Shown: positions 9,817-18,115 of the stretch, one piece after another
Layout of the letters: every line of letters starts with the position of its first letter
Position numbering within the stretch: the stretch's first letter is position 1
Origin: Bacilli bacterium
GTDB taxonomy: Bacteria > Bacillota_I > Bacilli_A > RF39 > UBA660
Direction: 5' to 3'
DNA: 42,512 nt
NCBI GenBank assembly: GCA_045650425.1
Contig: JAZRRD010000019.1
Location: 1 to 42,512 of the forward strand
Made by a program: the position numbers and the translations under genes
The notes under the pieces: generated by a model
Told to the model about the DNA's origin: nothing
The model's input: the letters and a program-made list of their open reading frames with translations, nothing else
Databases searched by the model: none

Positions 9817-11043
9817 TTAAATGTATTTTACTACATAATAATTCTTTTTGCCTTTCTTAACCAACAAAACTTTTCCATCAATTGCTAATTCTTTAGTTAT
9901 TGTAAGTTCTAAATCTTGATATTTTTGATTATTAATACTTATTGCATTTCCTAAAACCATTTCTCTCGCTTCTCTTTTACTAGAACAAATCTTATTATTG
10001 ACTAATAAATCAATGATATTCGTATCTTCAATAATTTCACTATTTGGTACATCTTGAAAATTATTTAAAATTTCATCTGCACTTAACTCTTTTATTTTTT
10101 CTGTAAATAAAGCTTCACTAATTTTTAAAGCATTTTCATATTCTTCTTTTCCATGTATAAATGTTATTACTTCACGCGCTAATGCTTTGTGAGCTTCTCT
10201 CTTTTCTGGAGCTTCTAAATGAAGTTTTTCTAATTCTTCTATTTCTTCTTTACTTAAAAGTGTTAACATTTTTAAATATTTAATAACCATGCTATCTTCA
10301 GAATTTATAAAAAATTGATACATTTGATAAGGTGTAGTTTTACTTTTATCAAGCCAAACATTTCCTGTACCTGATTTACCAAACTTAGTACCATCAGCCT
10401 TAGTTATCAATGGCATTGTAAATGCAAACACTTCATCACCAGTAGTTTTTCTAATAAGCTCTATACCAGTTGTAATATTTCCCCATTGATCACTTCCTGC
10501 CACCTGCATATCTACACCCATATTTTCATGTAAATATTTAAAATCTAATCCCTGAATTAACATATATGAAAATTCTGCATAAGAGATACCAGTTTCCATT
10601 TGCCTTCTTACTAAATCTTTATTTAACATATAATTAACATTAATATATTTACCATAATCTCTTAAAAAATCTATTACAGTTAAATCTTTTACCCAATCAA
10701 AATTATTAACCACTTTATAAGGAAATAATTTTTGAACTTGCGTTTTTAACCCTTCAAAATTTCTAGCAATTATTTCTTTATCAGCTAAATCTCTTTCACC
10801 AGTTCCTCTCGGATCTCCAATTAAACCTGTTGCTCCCCCAACTAAAATAATTGGATTATGTCCTGCATCAGCAAGTCTTTTAGTAATTAGAAAAGAACTA
10901 TAATGACCAATATGTAAACTATCAGCCGTAGGATCTGTTCCAATATAAAAAGTCATTCCTCCATTATTTAATTTTTCTTCTAATTCTGGACTAGATATAT
11001 CTTGGATTAGTCCTCTCCATTTTAATTCTTCAAATAATTTCAT
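9817..11043 (-). CDS. tyrS: Tyrosine--tRNA ligase
   Basis: DPTADSLHIGH, GSDQWGN, KFGKS, C-terminal S4 domain. Confidence 0.97.
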   Translation of the reverse strand: MKLFEELKWRGLIQDISSPELEEKLNNGGMTFYIGTDPTADSLHIGHYSSFLITKRLADAGHNPIILVGGATGLIGDPRGTGERDLADKEIIARNFEGLKTQVQKLFPYKVVNNFDWVKDLTVIDFLRDYGKYINVNYMLNKDLVRRQMETGISYAEFSYMLIQGLDFKYLHENMGVDMQVAGSDQWGNITTGIELIRKTTGDEVFAFTMPLITKADGTKFGKSGTGNVWLDKSKTTPYQMYQFFINSEDSMVIKYLKMLTLLSKEEIEELEKLHLEAPEKREAHKALAREVITFIHGKEEYENALKISEALFTEKIKELSADEILNNFQDVPNSEIIEDTNIIDLLVNNKICSSKREAREMVLGNAISINNQKYQDLELTITKELAIDGKVLLVKKGKKNYYVVKYI

Positions 11044-11056
11044 TTTTCTTCACTCC

Positions 11057-11686
11057 TTATAATATTTCTTTTAATTCACAAACGTCTCTTATTGTTAAAT
11101 ATTCTCTATGTTTCTTGTTATTTACATAAATTGGTTCAATCCCCAATTTAGATGGTTCAATTACATCAAAATTTAAATTATCGCCTATCATCATACATTC
11201 CGTGGGCTTATATTTTCCACAAGCTTTTAAATATGATTTCTTACTAGGTTTCATAACTTCATCACCACAATGTATTTCTTTAAAATATTTCTTTATTCCA
11301 TATTTTTCTAATCTTTTTTCTTGTGATATTTTAAAAGAATTACTTAATATTACTAATTCATATTTTTCAGATAAATATTTCAAAGTATCACAAAGTTCCA
11401 AAGAAGCAACACCCTCAACACATTCTTCTAACCATTTAAAGAATATCTTGATTTTGTCATCATCCATTTTAATCTTAGTAAGCTCAGTTATACATTCTTT
11501 AAATTCATCCATATTCCAACAATCATGTGTTTTTTCATAATATTCAATAGCCATTAAAGTTTTATAAAATTTTATCCAACTTAATTTAATATTATTTTGT
11601 TTTAATAATTTTTTCAACTTTATATAATATGATTTTTTCCATGGCATTAAAGTATCATCGACATCAAAAATCAACCGTTTTTTCAT
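11057..11686 (-). CDS. HAD-IA family hydrolase
   Basis: FDVDDTL, ILSN, KP, MIGDNLNFDV motifs. Confidence 0.9.
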   Translation of the reverse strand: MKKRLIFDVDDTLMPWKKSYYIKLKKLLKQNNIKLSWIKFYKTLMAIEYYEKTHDCWNMDEFKECITELTKIKMDDDKIKIFFKWLEECVEGVASLELCDTLKYLSEKYELVILSNSFKISQEKRLEKYGIKKYFKEIHCGDEVMKPSKKSYLKACGKYKPTECMMIGDNLNFDVIEPSKLGIEPIYVNNKKHREYLTIRDVCELKEIL

Positions 11687-11704
11687 ATTTCAATCTCCAT
11701 AAAC

Positions 11705-11838
11705 AAAAAAAATTCACAAACTAAGGACGAATTATTAATCCGCGGTACCACCTTAATTTATGAATTTATTCATACACTTAATGCTGTAACGTAAGCAAAC
11801 GTTTTAACTCAGGAGTCGTAAATTCCGTCTTCGTTAAA
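11705..11838 (-). promoter_or_regulatory. Tyr T-box riboswitch, minimal architecture
   Basis: AAGGTGGTACCGCG T-box (11754-11741) pairing with CGTCCTT; Stem III tatgaa/ttcata; IIA/B pseudoknot; 36-nt Stem I with TAC specifier at 11820-11818; U8 tract; tyrS downstream. Confidence 0.85.
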
Positions 11839-11848
11839 TATGTTATGT

Positions 11849-11877
11849 ATTATAATTTAAAATTTATTTTTCTTCAA
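11849..11877 (-). promoter_or_regulatory. SigmaA promoter of the T-box/HAD/tyrS transcript
   Basis: TTGAAG-17-TATAAT, about 10 nt upstream of Stem I. Confidence 0.7.
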
Positions 11878-12262
11878 GTTTTTTTACAGCACTTTTTAAA
11901 ATTTCTGCTGTTTTTGCTTTTACCTCTTTAGCAGCATTCTCTACAACAGGAGTTCCTTTTTCAATAGCTAAATTCACTAACTCATCAGCCTTTTTACTAA
12001 TTTCCTTAGCTTTTTTCTTAACTACACTTAAAACTTTTTCCTTATCTAAGTCTGCTAATTCGTTTTGTAATTCTTTTATTTTTTCTTCAATACTTTCTTT
12101 AACTTCTTTAACATCAATTTCTTTTGCTTTATTAATTAATTCATCCATTTTTGTAGACAAATCTTTTCTTAATTCAGCCCCTTTTTTAGGCGCAAATAAC
12201 ATACCTAAGCCTGCACCAATTCCAGCCCCTAATAAAAATTTACAAAAGCCTTTTTTACTCAT
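11864..12262 (-). CDS. ytxH: YtxH-domain protein
   Basis: FLLGAGIGAGLGMLFAPKKGAELRKDL; start ATG 12262 with GGGAGG RBS. Confidence 0.9.
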   Translation of the reverse strand: MSKKGFCKFLLGAGIGAGLGMLFAPKKGAELRKDLSTKMDELINKAKEIDVKEVKESIEEKIKELQNELADLDKEKVLSVVKKKAKEISKKADELVNLAIEKGTPVVENAAKEVKAKTAEILKSAVKKLEEK

Positions 12263-12545
12263 CAAAATCTTCCTCCCTTTTTTTCTTTCTATGAAATAAT
12301 TTTGCAATAATACCACTAACGCCCTCAACTAACATATCTGAAAACGTTGAAAGTTTATCAGTTGTATAATCTATTAATGAAAATAATCCATTAAGAGATT
12401 CTACCTTATTATTTACATCATCTACTACTTTATTTACTTTCTTCATAGCATTAATTGATTGAATACCAAGTATGATACCAATAATTAATATTACAATTAA
12501 TAATAAATATATTATAATTGGTAAAAATGATAACCAGAATTCCAT
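12255..12545 (-). CDS. ytxG: YtxG/DUF948-like membrane protein
   Basis: N-terminal TM plus coiled coil; directly upstream of and overlapping ytxH. Confidence 0.7.
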   Translation of the reverse strand: MEFWLSFLPIIIYLLLIVILIIGIILGIQSINAMKKVNKVVDDVNNKVESLNGLFSLIDYTTDKLSTFSDMLVEGVSGIIAKLFHRKKKREEDFDE

Positions 12546-13447
12546 TATTCTATTTCCTCCTTCCTATCATCATACATAGAATCTATTAGTTCAAATAAAT
12601 CTTGTTCTAAAGTATCTTCTTCATCAAATTCTTTGATATCTTTATCAAGTTGCTCCAAACTATCCTCTTCATTCAACTTTTCTAATTCACTCTCTATATC
12701 ATCAATTAAAAAGTCATCTTCTTCATCTGGAATGATAATTTCTTCATGAGCACTATCCCTTAATAATTCTTCTATATCTCTTTTTTCTTCATAAATAACT
12801 TCTTCAGTCGAAATATTATTTTCTAACTCCTCTGTAACCTCTTCCAAAAATTCTTCTCTTGGTTTAGTAATTGTATTTTCTATCTCATCTTCTAAATTAC
12901 CAAAAGCTTTTTTTCTTACAGATTCGATGCTTAACTCTTTTCTTCTTGGAATATCATAATCTTTCTTTTTAGCCATAATATCTTCTTTAGTGTAATCTTT
13001 GTCTAAAATACCATAAACTGGAGAAATAATCGGTGATGGTTTAAATTTCTTTTTTTCTTCAAATCTATCATTTCTCTCATATTTTGGATATTCCAATCTT
13101 TTTTCTGGTTTTCTAACCGGTTTTTCTTTGGCTAAAACATTAGTACTTCTTACTCTAGGGACTGATGCTGCGAATTCTTCCTCATCGAATGCAGGAAAAT
13201 TAAAAGTTCTCTCTGACTTAAATAAATCTCTTTCACTATCTTCATAAAAAACCGGTTTCTCTTTTTTAGGTTCTTCTTCAATTATATCATCATCAATTAA
13301 GTCAAACAAAGGAGGTTTTTTTTCTAATTCCACATTTGTTTTTTTAGGAACAGTTTCACTTATTTTTGTTTCTTCAGGTTCATTTACTTGTTCCTCAATT
13401 ATTTCTTCCTCAAACAAAATATTTTTTATTTTACTTATAAAGCTCAT
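12545..13447 (-). CDS. Acidic protein resembling the SftA N-terminal region, with no motor domain
   Basis: Amphipathic MSFISKIKNILF, FNFPAF and FKPSPIISPVYG motifs; no Walker motifs. Confidence 0.5.
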   Translation of the reverse strand: MSFISKIKNILFEEEIIEEQVNEPEETKISETVPKKTNVELEKKPPLFDLIDDDIIEEEPKKEKPVFYEDSERDLFKSERTFNFPAFDEEEFAASVPRVRSTNVLAKEKPVRKPEKRLEYPKYERNDRFEEKKKFKPSPIISPVYGILDKDYTKEDIMAKKKDYDIPRRKELSIESVRKKAFGNLEDEIENTITKPREEFLEEVTEELENNISTEEVIYEEKRDIEELLRDSAHEEIIIPDEEDDFLIDDIESELEKLNEEDSLEQLDKDIKEFDEEDTLEQDLFELIDSMYDDRKEEIE

Positions 13448-13459
13448 TATTACACCTTC

Positions 13460-14098
13460 CTAGTTAACTAAATCTGTGTCTGGTACATCTTCTTGTTCAT
13501 TTTCTTCTGATTCAAATAACTCTAATACATTATTTTCTGTACTAGTAGTTTCAAAAATATTAAATTCTTCTTCAGAAAAGTTTAATATATCCTGTTTCAT
13601 TAAATTACTTATTATATTATCATTATACGTAATAGAAGATAAAATGCTTATAGCATCTGATAATGCCAGTTTCAAATCAGCCTCATCTACTATTACTTCT
13701 ATTTTAGCATAATTATACATAATTTCAATTAAATATTTGTCGTTTTTAATCTCATTTATTTCTAAATAGCCTTTTTTTTCATTATTTTCGTATGCTTGAG
13801 AATAAAAAATATTTGATACTTGTTCATAATTAAATTCTACTTTGTTAAAATAAGATACTAAGTCAACATATAAATAATAAACATTTCTTTCACTTTCAAT
13901 AATATCATTAAATTCTTCTTGATTACTTATTTTTAAACCATGTGAAAGCGCATAACCATAACCCTTTCTTTTCACATTTTGTTTATGACTAGAGTTATTT
14001 ATACCATTAACAATTATTTGATCATAACTTAATTCATTTATATTTGTACACCCAGTTATTAGAAAAATACTAACTAGAAGTAATATTATTTTTTTCAT
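13460..14098 (-). CDS. Lipoprotein of unknown function
   Basis: Signal peptide with lipobox LITGC; acidic tail. Confidence 0.75.
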   Translation of the reverse strand: MKKIILLLVSIFLITGCTNINELSYDQIIVNGINNSSHKQNVKRKGYGYALSHGLKISNQEEFNDIIESERNVYYLYVDLVSYFNKVEFNYEQVSNIFYSQAYENNEKKGYLEINEIKNDKYLIEIMYNYAKIEVIVDEADLKLALSDAISILSSITYNDNIISNLMKQDILNFSEEEFNIFETTSTENNVLELFESEENEQEDVPDTDLVN

Positions 14099-14140
14099 AT
14101 AACTTCCTCCATTTTAGATTATAACAAAAAAAGGTTTATT

Positions 14141-14857
14141 TTAAAACCTTTTTTGTAATTCTCGTTTTGCAATTAAAGAAGCTGATAATTCTCTATTTTC
14201 AACATCAATATGATATAAAGGGTCATTTAAAAATTCATCATAACTCATTCTATATATTTGAAAATCTGGCCTATAAAGTGTTTCAAAAGTTTCTTCACTC
14301 ATTGCCAAATTTCGAGAGCCATCACAATATAGCCCTTCTTCATTTATATTATAAGCATGTATATATTTTTCAGTATATAACCCATTAAATACCGAAGTAC
14401 AAATATCAAAGTGTTCTTGCACTGAGATAACTTGAGAAAAATAATAACAGTTATTGGACATTACATTTTTATTTTCTAATAAATACTGATTATTTAAATA
14501 TTCAGACAATTGTATAGCTTCATATGCACCATCAATAGTTTGTAATTTTATTTTTCCATCTTTTCTTTCAGCGCTTAAAATATACATAGCACCAGATAAA
14601 TCTGAGGGAAGCAAGTAATCATTAATTGATAAAGCATTTAGAACTCTCAAATAAAACTCTTCACGTCTAAAACCATATTTATTCAAAATCATATTTATCT
14701 CGTCATAAAAACATTTATTACCAGGATTAAACATAATACTAGCCCAATCTTTTCCTAAATATCCTTGTGTAATTGCAAGCAATTCATTTAAAACTTGTTC
14801 TCTTATTTTGTGTTCTTTTTCAGTCAAGTTTTGTTGCATTTTTATAAAGTTTTCCAT
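14141..14857 (-). CDS. Hypothetical protein with putative Cys-His-Asp triad (paralogue B)
   Basis: NNCYYFS...YIHAYN...YCDGSRNL; ATG 14857 after GGGGG RBS. Confidence 0.65.
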   Translation of the reverse strand: MENFIKMQQNLTEKEHKIREQVLNELLAITQGYLGKDWASIMFNPGNKCFYDEINMILNKYGFRREEFYLRVLNALSINDYLLPSDLSGAMYILSAERKDGKIKLQTIDGAYEAIQLSEYLNNQYLLENKNVMSNNCYYFSQVISVQEHFDICTSVFNGLYTEKYIHAYNINEEGLYCDGSRNLAMSEETFETLYRPDFQIYRMSYDEFLNDPLYHIDVENRELSASLIAKRELQKRF

Positions 14858-14870
14858 AATAACCCCCAAA

Positions 14871-15596
14871 TTATTTATTTTTCATTCTTTTACTTGCAAT
14901 TGCATAAATAGGAAAAGTTGAAGTAATTCCACTAGTGAAATCTTTATATTCTGAAGAATTAATATAATCATCATAACCTATTTGATTTATTACAATTGGA
15001 TTAAATAATCTTTGATATTCTTCCTTAGGTATAATTAAATTATGACTAGCATCATAGATAAAATTATCACCACCGGTATTATAAGAATGAAGATAAAGAC
15101 CTCCAAAATTCATCTTACAAAAACTAGTCGTAGCATCAACTTTATATTTTCCTAAAAAATATTCAGTTAATCTATGACAACCCGCATAGATTTCTTTACT
15201 ATTTTTTTCTTCAAGTAAATATTCATCATTAAAGGTCTCTGCTAATAAGCTTGTTCTAAATATTCCATGCAAGGTATCTAAAATTACTTCATTACCATTT
15301 AAACTAATATTATTAATAAACATAGTATTATTTAAAGAATTCACATTAAAATCACTTAAAGTTGCAATATCTACTAATATATCTTGATAAAAATCAAATG
15401 GATTAAAACGATATTTATCTAAGATACTCATAACTTGTTCTTTGTATTTCATTGCTTGTTTACTCAACAACAAATTTCTTAAAGTAGTTACCTTTTCTAA
15501 AAATTCTAATTTTTCTAATTCATCTAATACTTTATTTTCTATTTTATTATTTTTTGCAATTGACACATTTTCAAAACTTTCAATACAAAACCCCAT
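14871..15596 (-). CDS. Hypothetical protein with putative Cys-His-Asp triad (paralogue A)
   Basis: AGCHRLT...YLHSYN...IYDASHNL; ATG 15596 after AGGGTG RBS. Confidence 0.65.
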   Translation of the reverse strand: MGFCIESFENVSIAKNNKIENKVLDELEKLEFLEKVTTLRNLLLSKQAMKYKEQVMSILDKYRFNPFDFYQDILVDIATLSDFNVNSLNNTMFINNISLNGNEVILDTLHGIFRTSLLAETFNDEYLLEEKNSKEIYAGCHRLTEYFLGKYKVDATTSFCKMNFGGLYLHSYNTGGDNFIYDASHNLIIPKEEYQRLFNPIVINQIGYDDYINSSEYKDFTSGITSTFPIYAIASKRMKNK

Positions 15597-15609
15597 ATTT
15601 AACACCCTT

Positions 15610-16236
15610 TTATTTTTTTGTCGCTTTTAAATAATTAATTTTAAATCCTAAATTCGAAAACTTTTCTTCATATTCAGTTTTTATATTAAAAATATCTGAA
15701 TTATGTAAATCTAAACAAACATCTTCAAATACATACCCATAATTATTTAAACTTTTAAGACTATAAGCAAATAAACCAATATTATCAGTTTTTTGAACAA
15801 TCTTTTTCTCAGATTCAAATATTTTATCATAAACTTTTAGAAAGTCAACACTAGTAAGTCTTCTTCTTTCGTGACGTTTTTTAGGCCATGGATCAGAAAA
15901 GTTTAAATATAAAGTATCAATCTCTTTATCAAAAATCTTATCTAAGTTAATTGCATCATAATTCATAATCTTTAAATTATTTGGTACTTCTTCCATCTTA
16001 GCAATAGCTCTCGCTAAAACATTCTCATATTTTTCTATACCAATAAAATTAATCTCAGGAAAGGCTTTTGCCATATTATAAATAAATGTTCCTTTACCCA
16101 TACCTACTTCTAAATGAATAGGGTTGTCATTAGGAAATAATTCTTTATATTTTCCTTTATATTCTTCTGGTTCTCTAATTAAAAATTCACATTCTTGAAT
16201 AATTAAATCCTTATTTTTTAAATTTCTTAAACGCAT
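15610..16236 (-). CDS. trmB: tRNA (guanine-N7)-methyltransferase
   Basis: LEVGMGKG, LNFSDPWPKKRHERRRL, KTD, TEYE. Confidence 0.97.
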   Translation of the reverse strand: MRLRNLKNKDLIIQECEFLIREPEEYKGKYKELFPNDNPIHLEVGMGKGTFIYNMAKAFPEINFIGIEKYENVLARAIAKMEEVPNNLKIMNYDAINLDKIFDKEIDTLYLNFSDPWPKKRHERRRLTSVDFLKVYDKIFESEKKIVQKTDNIGLFAYSLKSLNNYGYVFEDVCLDLHNSDIFNIKTEYEEKFSNLGFKINYLKATKK

Positions 16237-16243
16237 TATTAAT

Positions 16244-16270
16244 CACTACTTTCTTTAAATTACATATAAT
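16244..16270 (+). promoter_or_regulatory. SigmaK-like promoter
   Basis: CAC-16nt-CATATAAT, divergent from trmB. Confidence 0.6.
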
Positions 16271-16291
16271 AAATTGTAAGGAGGAAAACCC

Positions 16292-16606
16292 ATGAAAAAG
16301 AATAGAAATACTTTTTTCCAAGAAGCTCAAATGAGTTCTTATAATTACTATCCAAACCCAAATATGAATTTGATGAGTGCAAACATGCCTACTCAAGCTA
16401 GCCAATCTAGCCAAACATTTTATGCAGGTCCTGCTCCTATGATGCAAAATATGCCTAATCAAAACACACAATATAGCGACATTGAATCTAGACTTGCTAA
16501 ACTAGAAAGACAAGTAAGCCGTCTAGAAGCTAGAGTTAATAAATTAGAAGGCTCCACTTATATAAACGATGATTATGATTCATCGACCAATATGTATATG
16601 GTTTAA
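16292..16606 (+). CDS. Asn/Met/Pro/Gln-rich protein with C-terminal coiled coil, probably spore-associated
   Basis: AAGGAGG RBS; low-complexity N-half; IESRLAKLERQVSRLEARVNKLE heptads; sigmaK-like promoter. Confidence 0.6.
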   Translation: MKKNRNTFFQEAQMSSYNYYPNPNMNLMSANMPTQASQSSQTFYAGPAPMMQNMPNQNTQYSDIESRLAKLERQVSRLEARVNKLEGSTYINDDYDSSTNMYMV

Positions 16607-16608
16607 AC

Positions 16609-16797
16609 TTACTTAGGTAAGTTTTTTTCGTCATAAAGCAAAAGAGCACTAAAACAATATAATTGTTCTTCTCCACAAACTCCAATCGCCACATTGAACT
16701 TGATATCTATTATATCACAATTACCTTCTTTTAAAAATTTATTTATACTATCTTCTAAATCTTTTTCATGACTTTCGTCAAATAGTTTAACTTTCAT
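16609..16797 (-). CDS. cse60: Sporulation protein Cse60 (DUF2758/YteV)
   Basis: MKVKLFDESHEKDLE...IIDIKF...LYCFSALLLY; GGTGA RBS before ATG 16797. Confidence 0.85.
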   Translation of the reverse strand: MKVKLFDESHEKDLEDSINKFLKEGNCDIIDIKFNVAIGVCGEEQLYCFSALLLYDEKNLPK

Positions 16798-16884
16798 ATC
16801 ATTCACCAAAATCATTATAAATATATTATTTTAAAAATTTTGTTGAAAAAAATATTACTCTCGTTTATATACAAAATTAAAAGC

Positions 16885-16925
16885 AAAAAATCGACCATCA
16901 GTCGACCTTTTTTGTGAACTTTACA
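16885..16925. repeat. ~42-bp intergenic element, copy 2
   Basis: aaaaaatcgaccatcagtcgaccttttttgtgaactttaca; overlaps the truB stop codon. Confidence 0.7.
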
Positions 16926-17763
16926 ATTTAATTAAATTAACTATTTTCATTATTTTATCTTTGACTTCATAAATTGCAATTTCTTCATTTTGATAATAAA
17001 GCAAAACTTTTTGATCAGATAAATCAATTTTCAAAGAATTACCATTTTTTACTTTTTCATATTCTTCTTCAGTTAAATCAATTCTTTTATAATCAAAAAT
17101 CTCTTCTAATTGTAATGATTTATAATTATTTTTTTCTACATCATTTAAAGTATAACTATTTTCAATCTTAAATTTACCTTGCTTAGTTCTTTCTAAAGAA
17201 GACATTGTACCAACTGTATTTAACTTATAACATATATCTCTTATTAAACTTCTAATATAAGTTCCTTTAGAAACATGAACTCTAAATGTTACCTCATCAT
17301 TTATAAAATCAATTAAATCAATATCAAATACTTCAATTTCATGTTTTGGAAGTTTAATATCTTTTCCTTCTCTTGCATATTCATAAAGTTTTTTTCCATT
17401 TACTTTAATAGCAGAATATTTTGGAACTTCTTGGATACTTTTCCCTAAGAAAGAATTTAAAACTTTTATTACATCATCCTTCTTAGGTATTATATCACTT
17501 GTCTTTAAAATATTACCTGTTATATCTAAAGTATCTGTTTCAATTCCCAGTTTTATTTTAGCGATATATTCTTTATCTAAAGCTGTAAGTTCATCTACTA
17601 ATTTTGTATATCTATCAACACATACTACTAAAACACCGGTCGCTATTGGATCTAGCGTACCGGTATGTCCTATTTTTTTAGTATGTAATAATTTACAAAG
17701 CTTATTTATGACATCTCTACTTGTCATATTTTTTTCTTTATTTATAACTATTACACCATTCAT
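16921..17763 (-). CDS. truB: tRNA pseudouridine(55) synthase
   Basis: GHTGTLDPIATGVL, YSAIKVNGKKLYEYAR, SKGTYIRSL. Confidence 0.97.
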   Translation of the reverse strand: MNGVIVINKEKNMTSRDVINKLCKLLHTKKIGHTGTLDPIATGVLVVCVDRYTKLVDELTALDKEYIAKIKLGIETDTLDITGNILKTSDIIPKKDDVIKVLNSFLGKSIQEVPKYSAIKVNGKKLYEYAREGKDIKLPKHEIEVFDIDLIDFINDEVTFRVHVSKGTYIRSLIRDICYKLNTVGTMSSLERTKQGKFKIENSYTLNDVEKNNYKSLQLEEIFDYKRIDLTEEEYEKVKNGNSLKIDLSDQKVLLYYQNEEIAIYEVKDKIMKIVNLIKL

Positions 17764-17764
17764 C

Positions 17765-18115
17765 TTATTTTAAATCATCCTCATGAATTTCTTTAATTAA
17801 ATCTTCGATTTTTTTACCATAAGCAATTGAATCGTCATAAACAAATCTAATCTCAGGAGTATGTCTTAAATTAATTTGTTTAGAAACTTCTCCTCTGACA
17901 TAGCGAGATGCTTCTTTCAATTCTTTTTCTAACTGTTCCTTTGATAAATTACTTAAACTTGTAAAATATACTTTTGCAAAACTTAAGTCATTAGTAACTT
18001 CACAACCAGTTACGGTAATGGTTTTTAATAAAGAATCACTAGCTTCATTAGCTAAAATGTTACTAATAATTTCAACTAGTTCTGAAGCAATTCTTTTAGT
18101 TTTAAAACCAGCCAT
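17765..18115 (-). CDS. rbfA: Ribosome-binding factor A
   Basis: VTNDLSFAKVY, LRHTPEIRFVYDDS. Confidence 0.95.
   Translation of the reverse strand: MAGFKTKRIASELVEIISNILANEASDSLLKTITVTGCEVTNDLSFAKVYFTSLSNLSKEQLEKELKEASRYVRGEVSKQINLRHTPEIRFVYDDSIAYGKKIEDLIKEIHEDDLK

Noticed and set aside
3051-16925. The 42-bp repeats as CRISPR repeats or transposon ends
   Set aside because: Only two copies, 13.8 kb apart, enclosing core genes; no cas or transposase gene.
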